Positions 13,703-27,805 of a stretch of 64,000 nt of DNA are shown here, in pieces (positions within the stretch are counted from its first letter, which is position 1; every line of letters starts with the position of its first letter). The stretch spans positions 34,905,166-34,969,165 of the forward strand of contig NC_057721.1 of assembly GCF_004010195.1 (NCBI RefSeq), written 5' to 3'. The notes under the pieces are model-generated. The model was not told where the DNA came from. It made no database searches and saw nothing but the letters and a program-made list of their open reading frames with translations. This DNA comes from Chiloscyllium plagiosum (Eukaryota). A program made the position numbers and the translations under genes.

Positions 13703-14205
13703 GAACATAGAACATAGAACATTACAGCGCAGTATAGGCCCTTCAGCCCTCGAAGTTGCGCCGCTCTGCTATACTTATCTGAAGCCCATCCCACCTACAC
13801 TATTCCATGTATGTCCATATGCCTGTCCAATGACGACTTAAATGCACTTAAGCTTGGTGAATCTACTACTGTTGCAGGCAAAGCATTCCATACCCTGACT
13901 ACTCTCTGAGTAAAGAAACTACCTCTGACATCTATCTTATACCTATCTCCCCTCACTTTAAAGTTGTGTCCCCTCGTGTTTGCCGTCCCCATACTTGGAA
14001 CAAGGCTCTCACTGTCCACCCTATCTAGCCCTCTGATTATCTTGTATGTCTCTATTAAGTCACCTCTCAACCTTCTTCTCTCTAACAAGAACAGCCTCAA
14101 GGCCCTCAGCCTTTCCTCGTAAGACATTCCTTCCATACCAGGCAACATCCTAGTAAATCTCCTCTGCGCCCTTTCCAAGTCTTCCACATCCTTCTTATAA
14201 TGTGG
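13703..14205 (-). mobile_element. CR1 LINE 3' end, second subfamily
   Basis: ORF LERAQRRFTRM..RGDLIETYKI..FFTQRVVRVWNALP; (TTCTATG)n tail. Confidence 0.92.
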
Positions 14206-16921
14206 TATATAATTTTATAATACCGCATTATAAGAATATTTAACAACTCTGGGACATCATACAACAGTGTGATTTGATCAATATTTTCCCAGCTGTTACC
14301 CTTGTCCACTCAAATTTCCCTTTAATTGTATATATCCTTGCCCTGCACATTTTTTACCTTTTTAATGAACGATTCAAAACATGGGTCATATAGGAGATTT
14401 GTTACTCCGGAATTATGGAGATAACAACAACAATCCTGTGGGATAATACTAACAGAAAGTTATTTCATTCAGTACTAGATATCATACAATTTAATCTCCA
14501 TCACCCACTGAGCCTCCCATCACCGACAGTATTAGACACTCCCATTCCTTGTTGAATTATTTGTTCTTCTTTATTAAATGAGTTCCACATATTGGATAGC
14601 AATCAATTACAAAAGGAGTCCCCGAACTGTTTCTCTTGCTTATTGAATATCTCATTTTCACTAATGATTTCTAATTTTATTTTTCTCTTTTTCATTTGAC
14701 TCCTTTTAGCCTTTTTTTGCCAATTGGGAGCAGATTAGGTTTATTTAAAATCATATCTGTGGGTCTTTGACTTTTCATCCAGCCATTAAGATCGGGCAAA
14801 GATGTCTCTGCCCCATTCTTCATTTATTTCTGTGGATTCAACATTTTCACTGTATGTTTTACTCCTTCTATGTCTGTGTCCCTCAGTACTTAGATGACCC
14901 ACATCTCGAAAGTTAATTTCTAACATATTAAATCCAAAATGTTACTCTGGATCGTGATGTGAAGGTTTTAGGGAACACAGGGTGGAATCATCAAGGAACC
15001 CGAACAACATGGACTCTGAAGAAATGTGGTGGAATCAGAATTATGAGGGAACGTCCCAGAGCCTACCTTGGCATTGAGAGCGATTTGCTGCATCTTTAAA
15101 TTAGTTTCCAGGAATTGAGGTGAGCTTCTCAATAGGGAGAAGTGAGTTGCCTGTAAAGGGGGATTTATTGCTTGTTAATTACCTTACTAACTGCACATCA
15201 ACCTCATTAATCTGCAGCTTCCTATCTAATTACCCATTTTGAGTAAGCTGAATGCCAAGAATTCTTGAAATGCAAGTCAGAGCGTCTGCCCGGCAGCTTT
15301 GGACTGCTGCTGTCTATGAAGAGCCACCATGTTGGTCACCATGCAACTGCATCTCAGTGCACAATCCACACACGCCAGTCACACATACCCCTCAGACACA
15401 GACATTGGCATCTCAGAACATGATCTTCGCAACGTCTCTCCACTCCACTTGCAGTGTTTAGGAAGCCCAGACTGGTAATGTCTGGTACCCCAGCAGCTAG
15501 CATTGAAAGACTAGTGTGGGTACACTTGCAGAGGGCAGAGAATGGCACCCACAGCAAGCAAGTGTGACTCAAAGTCGTAGGGGAGTAGCCCTTACTGAAA
15601 CCATGTAGATACCCATCAGTCCCAGCAAAGTGAATCATGGGCAGCCTCCTGTACCAGGCCAGGGAATTGGACAGAGTCAGGTGGCTGATCAGGGTGTCTT
15701 CAGTCAGGGGTCCATGCCTCTAAGTGATCTTGGGAGAAGTCAGCATTTTGGAGAAAATGATGTTTGAAAACCAGCTTTAGTCAGATAAGAATATGAATTT
15801 TTGCAGCATCTAGTTCAACCAGAATAATCAGCAAAGGAAAGAGATGAAGTCATTGATGAAGGAATTAAAAGATTTAGTTTTCTACTTCATTGAAGGACAG
15901 GAGCTAATAAATTAGACAAGGACAGAGATCATCTAGTTGATCTTCCAACAGTACAGTCATGATGCAGATAACAATGTTGGTATCGGTGAATAATTAGGGC
16001 CTTATGTCCTTTTACATTTAAACCATCTTGTGAACTGGTATAAATAAATAGGACTCCTGCACCATCTGCTGGCCATATTTTACTATTACACCTTCAGTAA
16101 TCTGACAATTTCTTTTTCACCCAAATGCAGTGATGCTGAACTGGTTTTACTGTCAGTCAAATCACCGTCGAACTGAATTCGCTGTAAACAATATCAGTTT
16201 ATTTGATATCCACTAGAGTTGGTTAAACAATACTCCATGCAGCACAAAAGTAAAGTTGACTGTCTAGTTCAATGCCTCACTCACATCAAACTTTATGGTG
16301 CTTTTACAAGAGAAGCCCTTCAGGTGGAGCTATAACAGCAATGCTCAAACTGCAGAATAAGCCATTTTCCAACCTTTCATGGGTTCCCATCTCTATGAAT
16401 GTAAAGGTAAAGTCACCATTGTTTAATTGGAGCATAAAGTTCCTCTCTCATTAAAGAGAGATGACTAGTAATAGCTGAGAAGGATCGTTGTACATGGTAA
16501 CCTCAGCTAGTGTGTGGGAATTGAATTAAATCCATGCTAATGGCATCATTCCATTGCAATCCAACCATCTGAGCTAAACTGACCCCCATCCACAGATAAC
16601 TGAGTCTGCAGATTGGACTTCTCAGAACCCACCCAATCAAAGGGGAGGGAAGTCATCCACAATTCCAAGAGGCTGCCTAGAAAGAAGAGGAAACCTTTTG
16701 CTGATGTGAGAAATTCACACATCAGAAAAATATCAGGGCCTTCAAGAGATCAAGGGTGATAGAGAGAGAGAATGTCTGTGTGTGTGTATACAGAGGAAGA
16801 TGGGACTTGCGATAAAAGATTTTAGTTTTATAGCGAGATAGCAGAAACTAGAGGAAGTTAAGGAAAGAGTTGATCAAGGTACTCAAAATCATGCCATGAT
16901 TTGAATAAGTAAATAGAGTTC

Positions 16922-17015
16922 TGGATTAGTGGTGCTGGAAGAGCACAGCAGTTCAGACAGCATCCAAGGAGCTTCGAAATCGACGTTTCGGGCAAAAGCT
17001 CTTCATCAGGAATAA
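16922..17015 (-). mobile_element. Penelope-like terminal fragment with hammerhead motif
   Basis: Same sequence family as the termini of the 25940-27805 element; minus strand CTGATGA-AGAGCTTTTGCCC-GAAACGTC. Confidence 0.75.
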
Positions 17016-17024
17016 AAGTAAATA

Positions 17025-17865
17025 GAGTTCTACAGCATGGATACAGGTCCAACTCATCCATGCCTATCCAGGTTCCAAACTAAACTTGTCTCATTTGCTT
17101 GCTAGTGGCCCATATACCTCGAAACCTTTCCCATTTATCTACCTGTCCAAAGGTCTTTCAAATGTTGTAACTGTACCTGCAACTACTATTTCCTCTGGCA
17201 GTTCATTCCACATATGAACCACCCTCTATGTGAAAAAGTTGCACTTCGAGTCCCTTTTAAATATTTATCCTTTCACCTTCAAATTATGCTTTCCAGTTTT
17301 GAACTCCTCCACCCTAGGGAAAAGACCTTTGCTATTCACCTTATCTATGCCCTCATGATTTTATAAAACTCTATAAGCTCCAATGCTCCAGTGGAGAAAA
17401 CTCCAGCTTATCCAGCCACTCCCTAGAATTCAAACCCTCCAGTCCCGGGCACATGCATGTAAATCTTTTCTGCATTCTCTCCAATTTAATATTATCTTTC
17501 CAATAGCAGGGCAACCAGAACTGAACACAGTACTCCAAAAGCTGTACACCGCAACATGACATTCTATATATTCTCATACTCAATGGTATCAGCAATGAAG
17601 GCAAGTGTGGTAAACGCCTTCTTTGCCTGTCTACCTGTGATGCAATTTTCAATTAACAATGTACCTGAACCCCGAGGTCTCTCTGTTCCACAACACTTCC
17701 CAAAGCCCAATAATTAACTGTATAACTCCTACCTGGTTTGTCTTACCAACGTGCAATACCTCACATTTATCCAAATTAAACTCCATCTGCCACTCCTCTG
17801 CCCATTGACCCAATTGATCAAGATCCCTTTGTAGTCTGAAGTAACCTTCCTCACTGTCTACTATA
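17025..17865 (-). mobile_element. Degenerate CR1 3' part
   Basis: LLEYCVQFW..LERMQKRFT peptide and a 3' UTR like other copies. Confidence 0.88.
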
Positions 17866-20800
17866 ATAAAGAGAATTTGGATCTAGAGGCAACTTTCTAA
17901 CCAGAGCTTGCAAATTTGTTGACAAAAGGATCAGAGTAACATAAAACCATGCAGTGAGAAATTAAGATCCGAAATGGACTGCCAGAAAGGATTGTGGATT
18001 CAATGCTTACTTTCTGAAAGGTTTTCAATAAGTATTTGACAGGAAATATTTGCAGGACTATGGCAAAAGAGCAGGGGAGTGGGAATACTTGCATATTCTT
18101 TCAAACAACCAGGGCTATCACTGTGACTGAACAGCCTCTTTCTGAGCTATAGTATTCCATGATCCTATATATTATTATTAAAAATAGGTGAGTTCTGTGA
18201 ATTAAAATTATTTAACAATTTATATATGGCCTTGTCTTGACATATCCAGTCCCTTTTAAAACAAGCTGTAAAGTGCACATAGGAGTATGTGCTAAAACCA
18301 TGGCACTTTGATCAGATCACGCCACTACTGTGTGGCTTGACACTGGGCGTGGATGAGCATTCCCTTATACACAAGGGCTCAGATATTCTATCAGGATCAG
18401 AAGCTCTATTTCCAGACTTGATCAGAATACACAGACTCAATGCATGAATTCTCCTCTGGAAATTCATGGACAGGACCCTCCTGTTATAAAACAAGGGTGA
18501 CCTGTTGAGGAATCCTCACGGCCAACCATGGAAAGGATCACCTTGGAAAGCATGCCCCCTCTAGCAGCAGTCTATGTTCTGTGATGTAAATAGCCAGCAG
18601 CACAGCTCCTGTGGGAGGGTAGGTAAAGGATGGCAGGAGGGTTGGGGGTTATTTAGATGCCAGATGGGTGAAGGGGTTAAGGTGACAGGAATAGACCATA
18701 GGGTACCAGATGGCTGATGGGAGGAGTAAGGTCCCAGATGGGTATGGGGGTGTAGGCTGTGAGATGGGTGAGGGGATGGGGTGTGAGATGGGTGAGGACT
18801 GAGTGCCAGGGGTTAGAGTTGATAAGTGTTTTGGATCATGTTGGCGATGGCTCGGGGAGCTCATGTCCAGCAGGGATCATAGGGTGGCAATGTCAGGAAG
18901 AGGGTGTGTGTTGACAGCATGGAAGTGGGAAGGTGTCAGGAGGTAGGGAGAGAGTTGTTGGATCAGAAGGATGATGGATTGGGGTCGGGAGAGGGAGAAT
19001 GTATTTGGGGATTCAATTTAATAGTTACTCTGTGATTAAAGAATGTTTCTTATCCTCTAACTTTTCCTAAATAACTATTGATCTGGAGAGTTGGACTTTA
19101 AGGAGCTTTTACAGAAGGTTTTACAAAGGGGAGTTGCTGATTGGAGTTTAAAATTAATGGTTGATTCCCTCAGAGACAGCAGTGTTGAGATTTCCACATG
19201 GTCTGAATGCACAATTTCAACTCTGTTCCAATGGCTCCCTTAGAGAAAAAATACCTACAGATGTTGGAATCCAAGGTAGACAAGCAGGAGTCTGGAAGAA
19301 CACAGCAAGCCAGGCAGCACCAGGAAGTGGAGAAGTCAGCTCCTGAGCCATTGGAAAATCTGGTACAAATATTTAATCTACTTACAACAGTGACGAGCAG
19401 TGCTGTAATAGAGAATATCTGAAGTTAAGCTCCACTGGTAACACTGCCATTGTCAGGAAATCATCACGGACATACCCCGTCAGATCATCCTGAAGGTGGA
19501 ATATACAATGGGCAGAAGCTGAAAAGATGCAACTCTGTCCCAATGATTGAAAAGTCATCTCAATCACAACAGTGCTTTCGTACTGCATTAGCCCTAGTGG
19601 CCTCTAGTCAGTCTAGCACTCTAATGACGTCTTGGAGAGCCATGAGAATAGGATATAGCAAAGCCTGTAAGGGTAGGCATGGTGTGCAAAAAGATGTCAA
19701 AGGCTACTTCCTTAACGATAACTGACTGCAGACCTTGTGCTCATATAACCACGGAGATGAAGCTACAGGAAAGAGGGAACACTCACTTTGTCATCCTTAT
19801 TTATACAGATGATCAAACAGGGTCTGATAAAGACAAAAGGATTGAAGGTACTAGGGAGTATACAGACTAGTAAATTACCATGTGGGTTTAAATGGTGTAA
19901 AAGCCTGCAGCAGATACTATTCAGAGCAGACAGGCAGATACCAGTCAGAGGGGAAACCTCAGAAACTGATAGCATAGTCAACACAGAGTGCAGTATGTTC
20001 CAAGTAAGTTACAGATAACATTTACTGTTAGTGCTTTTTGTGGTTAGTGCTAGTTTTCTTAGTGTGTGTTTTGTTAGCTAAATAACCTTAAATATGAATC
20101 CATGAGTCCACTTTATTTGTACATAAATACAGACGAAACTATGTCAGAGCAGGTTGTGTTTCTGGAGTCCAGTACATATCCAGTTTATGGATAGTGGAAC
20201 AGTCCCCAGACAAATAGGGACTTAGAAATGCAGGAAATAGCTGATAAATTGAAAACTATTGATTGATATTTAAAATTTGGATTTGTCTGCCTTTCTCACA
20301 CCACACTTTGTTGCTAACTTTGTTGAAAATGCGCTTGTGGCCTTCCGAAGATAACTGATTTCTGAAAGTGTTCCAGGTAACTATTGCCCGTAGATTTTCA
20401 TTGTATAACATGACAGATTAAAATATTCAACAGACTACTGTATCCCTCACAATTACAATTTGGAAATTGTTCACAGATTTCAAGGAGAGAGCTGTTAATA
20501 CACCAACAATTACCTCCACGTGAGTCAGGCCTTTGTTTTTACTCAACAAACTTTAATATATGCTGATTAATAATGTTGTGTCAGTGGATTAGGACCCTGA
20601 TTCAACGTTCTAATGGTGTCATGGAGCAACACAGAGCTGAAGGTAAGTACCACTGAAGGGCAGTTACAACAATCTGGAAGAAGGCTGCAGACCTCTAAGC
20701 TGCAATACTGTCTCTGAAAGACACACTGAGATCACCTGAATCTAAAAATGTGAAGAAGGTAGATTAGTTATTACCCAGTGGAACTGTAAGTCAGAGCTTG

Positions 20801-23359
20801 GTGTGATTACCATGTATCACAGCATTGAGCATTAATGCATGAGAATCGATAGTAGAACGATGAAGGCTCAGCCTGAAGACAGTCCTTGTCTCTGCCTTCT
20901 CCCGGACCAGTCTTAAAAAGAACCCACAAAAAAGATAGTGACCACACTGGATTCATTGCCCAGAAAAGCAGTGGAGCTGAAGCAACAGATATATATGGCC
21001 TGGAGAAGAGAAGAATGTTTAAAACATCTTTTGAAGAAATCACTAGTACAGCTTTAAGACTGAGTAGCAGCCAGAAAAGCCACAGAGCTGGCAGTCGCTG
21101 TGAAGGAGGTAGTTCTGCATAGAAACTCCTCCAGAGAAACCACCAGAACATTGTAAGTCATGAACAAGTTTTTTATCCTTTGTTCATAAGATGAGGGTGT
21201 TGCTGATGGGTCCAGCAATTGTTACCTATCCCGAATTACCTCTTGAACAGAGTGACTAGCTCAGGCCATTTCAGAGAGCAGTTACGAGTCAATCACATTG
21301 CATGAAGTCACATCTGGGTCAGGCCTGGTGAGGATGACAGATCCAATCACTTAAGGAAAGGGATATAAAAAGATAAGCCAAGGAGTACAATTTAAACTTC
21401 TACTATTGAGTTAACAAGCTTCTGAACTATCGAATCAATGAAAAGTTTAACAAGGTTAAGATAATTCTGCAGATTAAAGAACACTGATTGGCAAATGGAA
21501 ACAAAATAAAATATGCAACTTGATGTATCAAAGGCCTAACAGTGAAACTTGTGAAATCGTTATTATTTCCACCATTTGAACAGCAAATTTGAAGTATGAT
21601 CCAACAAATAAATGTTATCAATTTCATTAATTAGAAGGCAAAAGAAATGTGCAAAACTGACGAAGTAGTCACAAAAATACCTGGAATGCAAAGAAAAGAT
21701 AAGTGGCAATGATCTTACAGTCGATATCTTGATTCAGTCAGAAAAATCATGGGATCTTATTGTGTGAAGCCAGATTGAGAACATTTCAACTCAAATACTT
21801 TGGCATTCTTGGAAAAGGAAGACATTCGAGGCAGTATCTGCTGACATCTCTAACTGGGAGCAACTAAGCATGTGTGCTCACATGCATACACAATTCCAAA
21901 CCCATCACATCACGTGAATTCTCAGTAACATCACACGCAAAGGCCACATGGTGCATGTGTTGAGCAGAAGTGATATTGAAAGAGGGTTTGGTAGAGGAAG
22001 TGAGGATCAGGCCAGGGAGGGAGATGTGGGATGGGGTGGAGGCCCTCTCCCCTCTCTCTCTCTCACTTTTACTCCACATCCTACCCCTCTGTCCCAGACC
22101 ACATTGCCAGTCCTCCTCTCTCCTCCTCTCTCCTGCTCTCTCCAGGGACACATTGGGGGCTATTCTCACTCTCTGTTCCTATTCAAAACCCCAAATGCAA
22201 ACTTAAGCAATACATAACTGGTGTCAGCAAATGCAACTTATTTTCAGTTGACCTCTATTAAGAAGCTGTATCAGTAAAGAAAAGTCAAACTTTACACTGA
22301 AAACAGCATTTGCCGGGGTTCCTAGAGGGATAAGTGAAGATTATGGCAAAGACAATGAAGTGATACTGACAGACATTGTTTTTATGGGAAATAGCAATAT
22401 TTTTAAGAAGGTGAAATTCAGATTTAAAGAAAACTGATTAGTTTATTTGAATCTGAACTTATGAGATCTGAAACATTTAAAGGATGACATAATCAAAGTT
22501 GGTACTGTCTGAGATTAAATAAAATTGTTTGACTTCCGTTGTTAAGAACATTGTAAGGATGCTTCTAAGACTCGCAAGAAGATAGAAATAGTAAATGTGC
22601 TTTGTGTTGAGAACTTGGAACAGTTTAAGGAAAAGAGCTGTATGATCTGGTTCAGTAGTTCAAGTATTTGTGTTGTGTATTTAAATGTTCGTAATTAAGT
22701 CACCACAACCATTTCTGTTAGAGAAAGTTATAGATCTGGATAATCTGTAGTTGGATAACACAATTGCAAATCGATAGTGACCATCCACATCTTCAGATAT
22801 GGTGGACAGAAGAAATCAGATCTCGAACACAAATTGAAATGTTTGGTACAGATTAACAAACAATGTGATAGTACATTCAATGGGCTAACATGTGGGTAAG
22901 CCTTTGGGGTGAAGCATGATTATATGATAACATGGATTTGAATGGTGTTGCATCACTTGAGGAGGAAGGCATGTAGAGCTCAAGGTGGGAATTGAGGAAT
23001 TCGTGGGACCTGTTAGACTATCATTGGAGGCAACCGTAATAAAAGCTAATGCACAACGGAAGAGAACAGACCCCATTCACTGAGATAACTGATGGGCACA
23101 TGCGACATCAAAGAAGACATTTGCAATATGCCCTGAGCATCCCATACAACAGCGGCAAACTAGTTTGGAGCAAATGAAAATGGTATATTTACAGGGATAT
23201 GGAAAAGGAAGAAATGCACGGAAAGAACAAGGTATGGTAAAAAGTGCTAATGACATCTAGTGAAGATGAAAGAGGTGTGGAAGAATGTGGGGAAGTTCGG
23301 TCCTGATGGGGCGATGGGGAGTGCCAAGAAGAAAGGATGATGGAAGTTGTTGGGGGGGG

Positions 23360-24008
23360 NNNNNNNNNNNNNNNNNNNNNNNNNNNNNNNNNNNNNNNNN
23401 NNNNNNNNNNNNNNNNNNNNNNNNNNNNNNNNNNNNNNNNNNNNNNNNNNNNNNNNNNNNNNNNNNNNNNNNNNNNNNNNNNNNNNNNNNNNNNNNNNNN
23501 NNNNNNNNNNNNNNNNNNNNNNNNNNNNNNNNNNNNNNNNNNNNNNNNNNNNNNNNNNNNNNNNNNNNNNNNNNNNNNNNNNNNNNNNNNNNNNNNNNNN
23601 NNNNNNNNNNNNNNNNNNNNNNNNNNNNNNNNNNNNNNNNNNNNNNNNNNNNNNNNNNNNNNNNNNNNNNNNNNNNNNNNNNNNNNNNNNNNNNNNNNNN
23701 NNNNNNNNNNNNNNNNNNNNNNNNNNNNNNNNNNNNNNNNNNNNNNNNNNNNNNNNNNNNNNNNNNNNNNNNNNNNNNNNNNNNNNNNNNNNNNNNNNNN
23801 NNNNNNNNNNNNNNNNNNNNNNNNNNNNNNNNNNNNNNNNNNNNNNNNNNNNNNNNNNNNNNNNNNNNNNNNNNNNNNNNNNNNNNNNNNNNNNNNNNNN
23901 NNNNNNNNNNNNNNNNNNNNNNNNNNNNNNNNNNNNNNNNNNNNNNNNNNNNNNNNNNNNNNNNNNNNNNNNNNNNNNNNNNNNNNNNNNNNNNNNNNNN
24001 NNNNNNNN
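23360..24008. other. Assembly gap (649 N)
   Basis: N run. Confidence 1.
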
Positions 24009-24344
24009 GGGAGTGGGGTGCTTTTGATTACCAGGCTGACCCTGGAACTCACTGGGCCACATGTGCCCTGTGCCCTCATTGTAACAGTGCACACTGGAAA
24101 TGGAAAACGGCTGTAAGCACACTCGAAATGGATGGAATGCTTTTGGGATTTCTAACCTGGTCACATCCTATTCCATCGGACAGCACATTTTATCTTCCTG
24201 GATGCATTGTACTGCCACATGAGGGAAAGGTGGCAGGAGCAGGGATTTAATGGGGGAGGGGGCATGACATCTGCTTGCACTATCATCACACTGGAAGGGT
24301 TTGTGAGCTCTCTGAAGGAAAGCTGACTATTGTGTATAGGAAGG

Positions 24345-24575
24345 CACCCTAGCACACTGCCCTCAGTATACCAGGCAGTACACACTGCCCTCAGTACACC
24401 AGGCAGTGCACAGTACCCTCAATACACCAGGCACTGCCCTCAGTATAACAGGCACTGCCCTCAGTTCACCAGGCAGTGCACAGGGCCCTCAGTATACCAG
24501 GCAGTGCCCTTAGTACACCAGGCACTGCCCTCAGTACACCAGGCAGTGCACAGGGCCCTCAGTATCAACCACAGG
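24345..24575. repeat. Degenerate minisatellite built from ccctcagtacaccaggca plus ctg or gtgcacaggg
   Basis: About 9 variant units visible. Confidence 0.85.
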
Positions 24576-24679
24576 CATTGGCTGTTCCAATAGCAATAGC
24601 AGGAAGAGCAGCAGGAGCCAGTACTGGATGTGGAACATTCTGCTGGGACATAACTTCCTGTGCAAGGGGGCTCTCACCA

Positions 24680-25160
24680 CTTAGCTGGAGAGCACTGGTC
24701 GAAAACCAAGTCTACATGCTTCCTCAGAGATAGCTGTGATAACAATACTGCAGGATATCCCAGGAAGATACTGCCTCCATCAGCCAGCTGCTGCATGAGC
24801 ATTTGGATCAGGAGGCAATCCCATTCCTGTTGCCTTGAAGGTGATCATTTCAAGGCATCACTGGGGATCATTGTGAAACCTCACAGCATCTATTCACAAA
24901 GATGCATCCTTTGCTAAAGCACAACAAGGTATCAGCTTTGTTTGGATGCAGCGAGTGAAGCAGACAGAGCCATTGGCTTTGTTATCAACACAGGATTTTC
25001 CTGTGCAAGGTAAAATTGATCGTACCAATGTAGTTTGCAGAGCTCTCTTTCCCCATCCAACAGTGTTCATAAATAGGGAAAACCTCCTCTCCATTAATGT
25101 GTAATCATCTGTGATCACATCAGGCAGATAATGCAGGCCTACACATGTTGTCTGGGGAGC
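24680..25160 (-). mobile_element. Possible highly decayed PIF/Harbinger transposase remnant
   Basis: Weak by-eye resemblance only. Confidence 0.2.
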
Positions 25161-25357
25161 ATTCACTAAATCTTTTGGTCCACTTCAATGCTTACAGGGA
25201 TGATTTATCAGTGATAAAGGATCCCCCTCAGATTTGGTAGGAACCCACAGCCAGAAAGCACAGCCGGTCAGGCAGCATCCAAGGAGCAGGTGAGTTGACG
25301 TTTCAAGCATAATCTCTTCATCAGGAAGAGCCTGACTCCTCAGAAACGCTGCAGACC

Positions 25358-25935
25358 AAGTCATACAGCATGGAAACGGACACTTTGGTCCCACCAGTCG
25401 ATGCTGAACATAATCCCAAATAAACTTGTCCCACCTGGCTCATATCCCTTCAAACATTTCCTTTTCATGTACTTATACAAATGCCTTTTAAATGTTGTAA
25501 CTTGTCCGCAACCACCAGTTTCTCAGGAAGATCATTCCACACGTAAACCTCCCTCTGTGTAAAATATTTGCCTCTCCCGTCTTTCTTAAGTCTCTCTTCT
25601 CTCACCTTAAAAATGTGTCTCTTGTCTTGAACTCTCCCATCCTTTGGAAAAGATACCTACCATTAACCCTATCCATGCCCCTCATGATTTTATAAACCAC
25701 GATAATGTCACCTCTCAACCTCCCACTCTCCAGTGAGAGAAGTCCCAGTTTATCCAGCCTTTCTTTATAACTCAAACCTACCATGCTTGGCAACATCCTA
25801 GTAAACCTCTTCTGAACCCTCTCCAGTTTAATAATATCCTTCCTATAACAGAGCCACCAGAAATGGACACAGTATTCCAGAAGAATCTTCACCAATGTCC
25901 TGTACAACCTCAACATGACTTCCCAATTCTTATAT
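25358..25935 (-). mobile_element. CR1 3' part, interrupted by a Penelope-like element and resuming at ~27803-27860
   Basis: ORF 25602-25916 LYRTLVKILLEYC..LERVQKRFTRM; the CR1 sequence continues after the insert. Confidence 0.88.
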
Positions 25936-25939
25936 CAGT

Positions 25940-27805
25940 GTCAAACAGTGCGGTGCTGGAAAAGCACAGCCAGTCAGGCAGCTTCCGAGGAGCAGGAGAG
26001 TCGACATTTCGAGCACAAGCTCTTCATCAGGAATGTGGGGGTGTGGCTGAGAGATAAGTGGAAGGGGGGTGGGGCGAAAGGAATGCGATATCTAGATGAA
26101 AATGGTGAAAGGTCAGAGCAGAGGGTGGAGAGAATAGGAGGAAGGAAGTGGAGAGGTAGGACCCAAACTTCTCTCACCCAAAATTCATAAACCTGACTGC
26201 CCCAGTCGACACATTGTCTCAGCCTGCTCCTGCCCCAACAAACTCATCTCTGCATACCTTGACACCATCCTGTCCCCCTTGGTCCAGGATCTCCCCACAT
26301 ACATTCGAGACACCACCTATGCCTTCCACCTCCTCCAGGACTTTTGGGTCCCCAGCCCCCAGTGCCTTACCTTCACCATGGACAACCAGTCCCTGTACGC
26401 TTCTATCGCCATGGCGAAGTCCTCCAAAGCCTCAGTTTCTTCCTTTCACGTCGATCCAAACAATACCCTTCCACTGACACTCTCCTTCAATTGGCTGAAA
26501 CTGGTCCTCACCCTCAACAATTTCTCCTTCCAACCTTCCCATTTCCTCCAGACCAAAGGGTTGCCATGGGCACCTGCATGGGCCCCAGCTATGCCTACTT
26601 CTTCATCAGGTACGTGGAACAGTCCATCTTCTGCAGCTACACCGGCACCATTCCCCACCTTTTCCTCCACTACTTCAATGACTGTATCGGTGCCAACTCG
26701 TGCTCCCATGAGGAAGTTCATTAACACCTTCCAACCTGACCACAAGTTCACCTGGACCATCTTGTTAACCTCCTCCGCTTCCTGGACCTTTCCATCTCCA
26801 TTTCAGATGATCGACTCAACACGGACATCTACTACAAACCCACCAAGCCCCACAGCTACTTCAATTACACCTCCTCCCACCCTACCTCCTGTAAAAACAC
26901 TATCCCTTATTCCAATTCCTCCGCCTCCACTGCATCTACTCCCAGGAGGACCAATTCCACTATAGAACATCCCAGATGGTCTCCTTCTTCAAGGTCTGCG
27001 ATTTCCCCTCCCATTTGGTCAACGATGCCCTCTGGCGCATCTCCACTTCCCACACCTCCGCTCTTGAACCCCATCCCTCCAATCGCAACAAGGACAGAAG
27101 CCCCCTGGTCCTCACCTTCCACCCCACCAACCTCCAGATACAATGCATCATCCTCCGCTGTTTCCACCAACTACAAACAGACCCCACCACCAGAGATATA
27201 CTCCCCTCCCCACCCCTACCTTTATTCCGCAGAGTCCATTCTCTCTGCAACTCCCTTGTTGGATCCATGCCCCCTACTAACCCCCCTCCACTCCCGGCAC
27301 CTTCCCTTGCCACTGCAAGAGATGTACAACCTGTGCCCAGACCTCACCCTTACCTCTGTCCAAGGCCCCAAAGGGTCCTTCCACATCCAACAGACATTTT
27401 CCTGCACATCCAAATACTTCATCCACCTTGTCCATTGCTCTCGATGTGGTCTCCTTTACATTGGGGAGACAGGGTGCCAACTCTCTGGAACATCTCTGGG
27501 ACACCCGCAACAAACACCGCACCACCCTGTGGCTGAACACTTCAACTCCCCCTTCCACTCCGCCAAGGACATGGAAGTCTTGGTCTTCCTCCACCGCCAA
27601 ACGCTTGCCACTATCCCAAGCCCCACCCCCCTTCCATTTATCTCTCAGACCCCTTGACCCCCCATGCCCCCACATTCCTGATGAAGATCTTATGGTCAAA
27701 ACGTCAACTCTCCTGCTCCTCGAATGCTGCCTGGCCTGCTGTGATTTTCCAGAACCACACCTTTTTGACTCTGATCTCCAACATCTACAGTCCTCACTTA
27801 CTCCT
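25940..27805 (+). mobile_element. Penelope-like retroelement (frameshifted RT + GIY-YIG) with inverted terminal repeats
   Basis: RT motifs FTMDNQSLYASI, AMGTCMGPSYA, LHYFNDC, TDIYYKPT and GIY-YIG FSCTSKYFIHLVHCSRCGLLYIGETG. 25940-26075 is the reverse complement of ~27620-27770. Confidence 0.9.

Noticed and set aside
19809-20003. Open phase-0 exon candidate with good splice sites
   Set aside because: The peptide is unrecognisable and has no partner exons; it may be transposon-derived or chance.
23189-24250. Long ORFs of 226-321 aa
   Set aside because: Artefacts of the N gap; the same applies to 48312-49133.
24345-24575. CRISPR-like array
   Set aside because: No unique spacers, vertebrate context and no cas genes.
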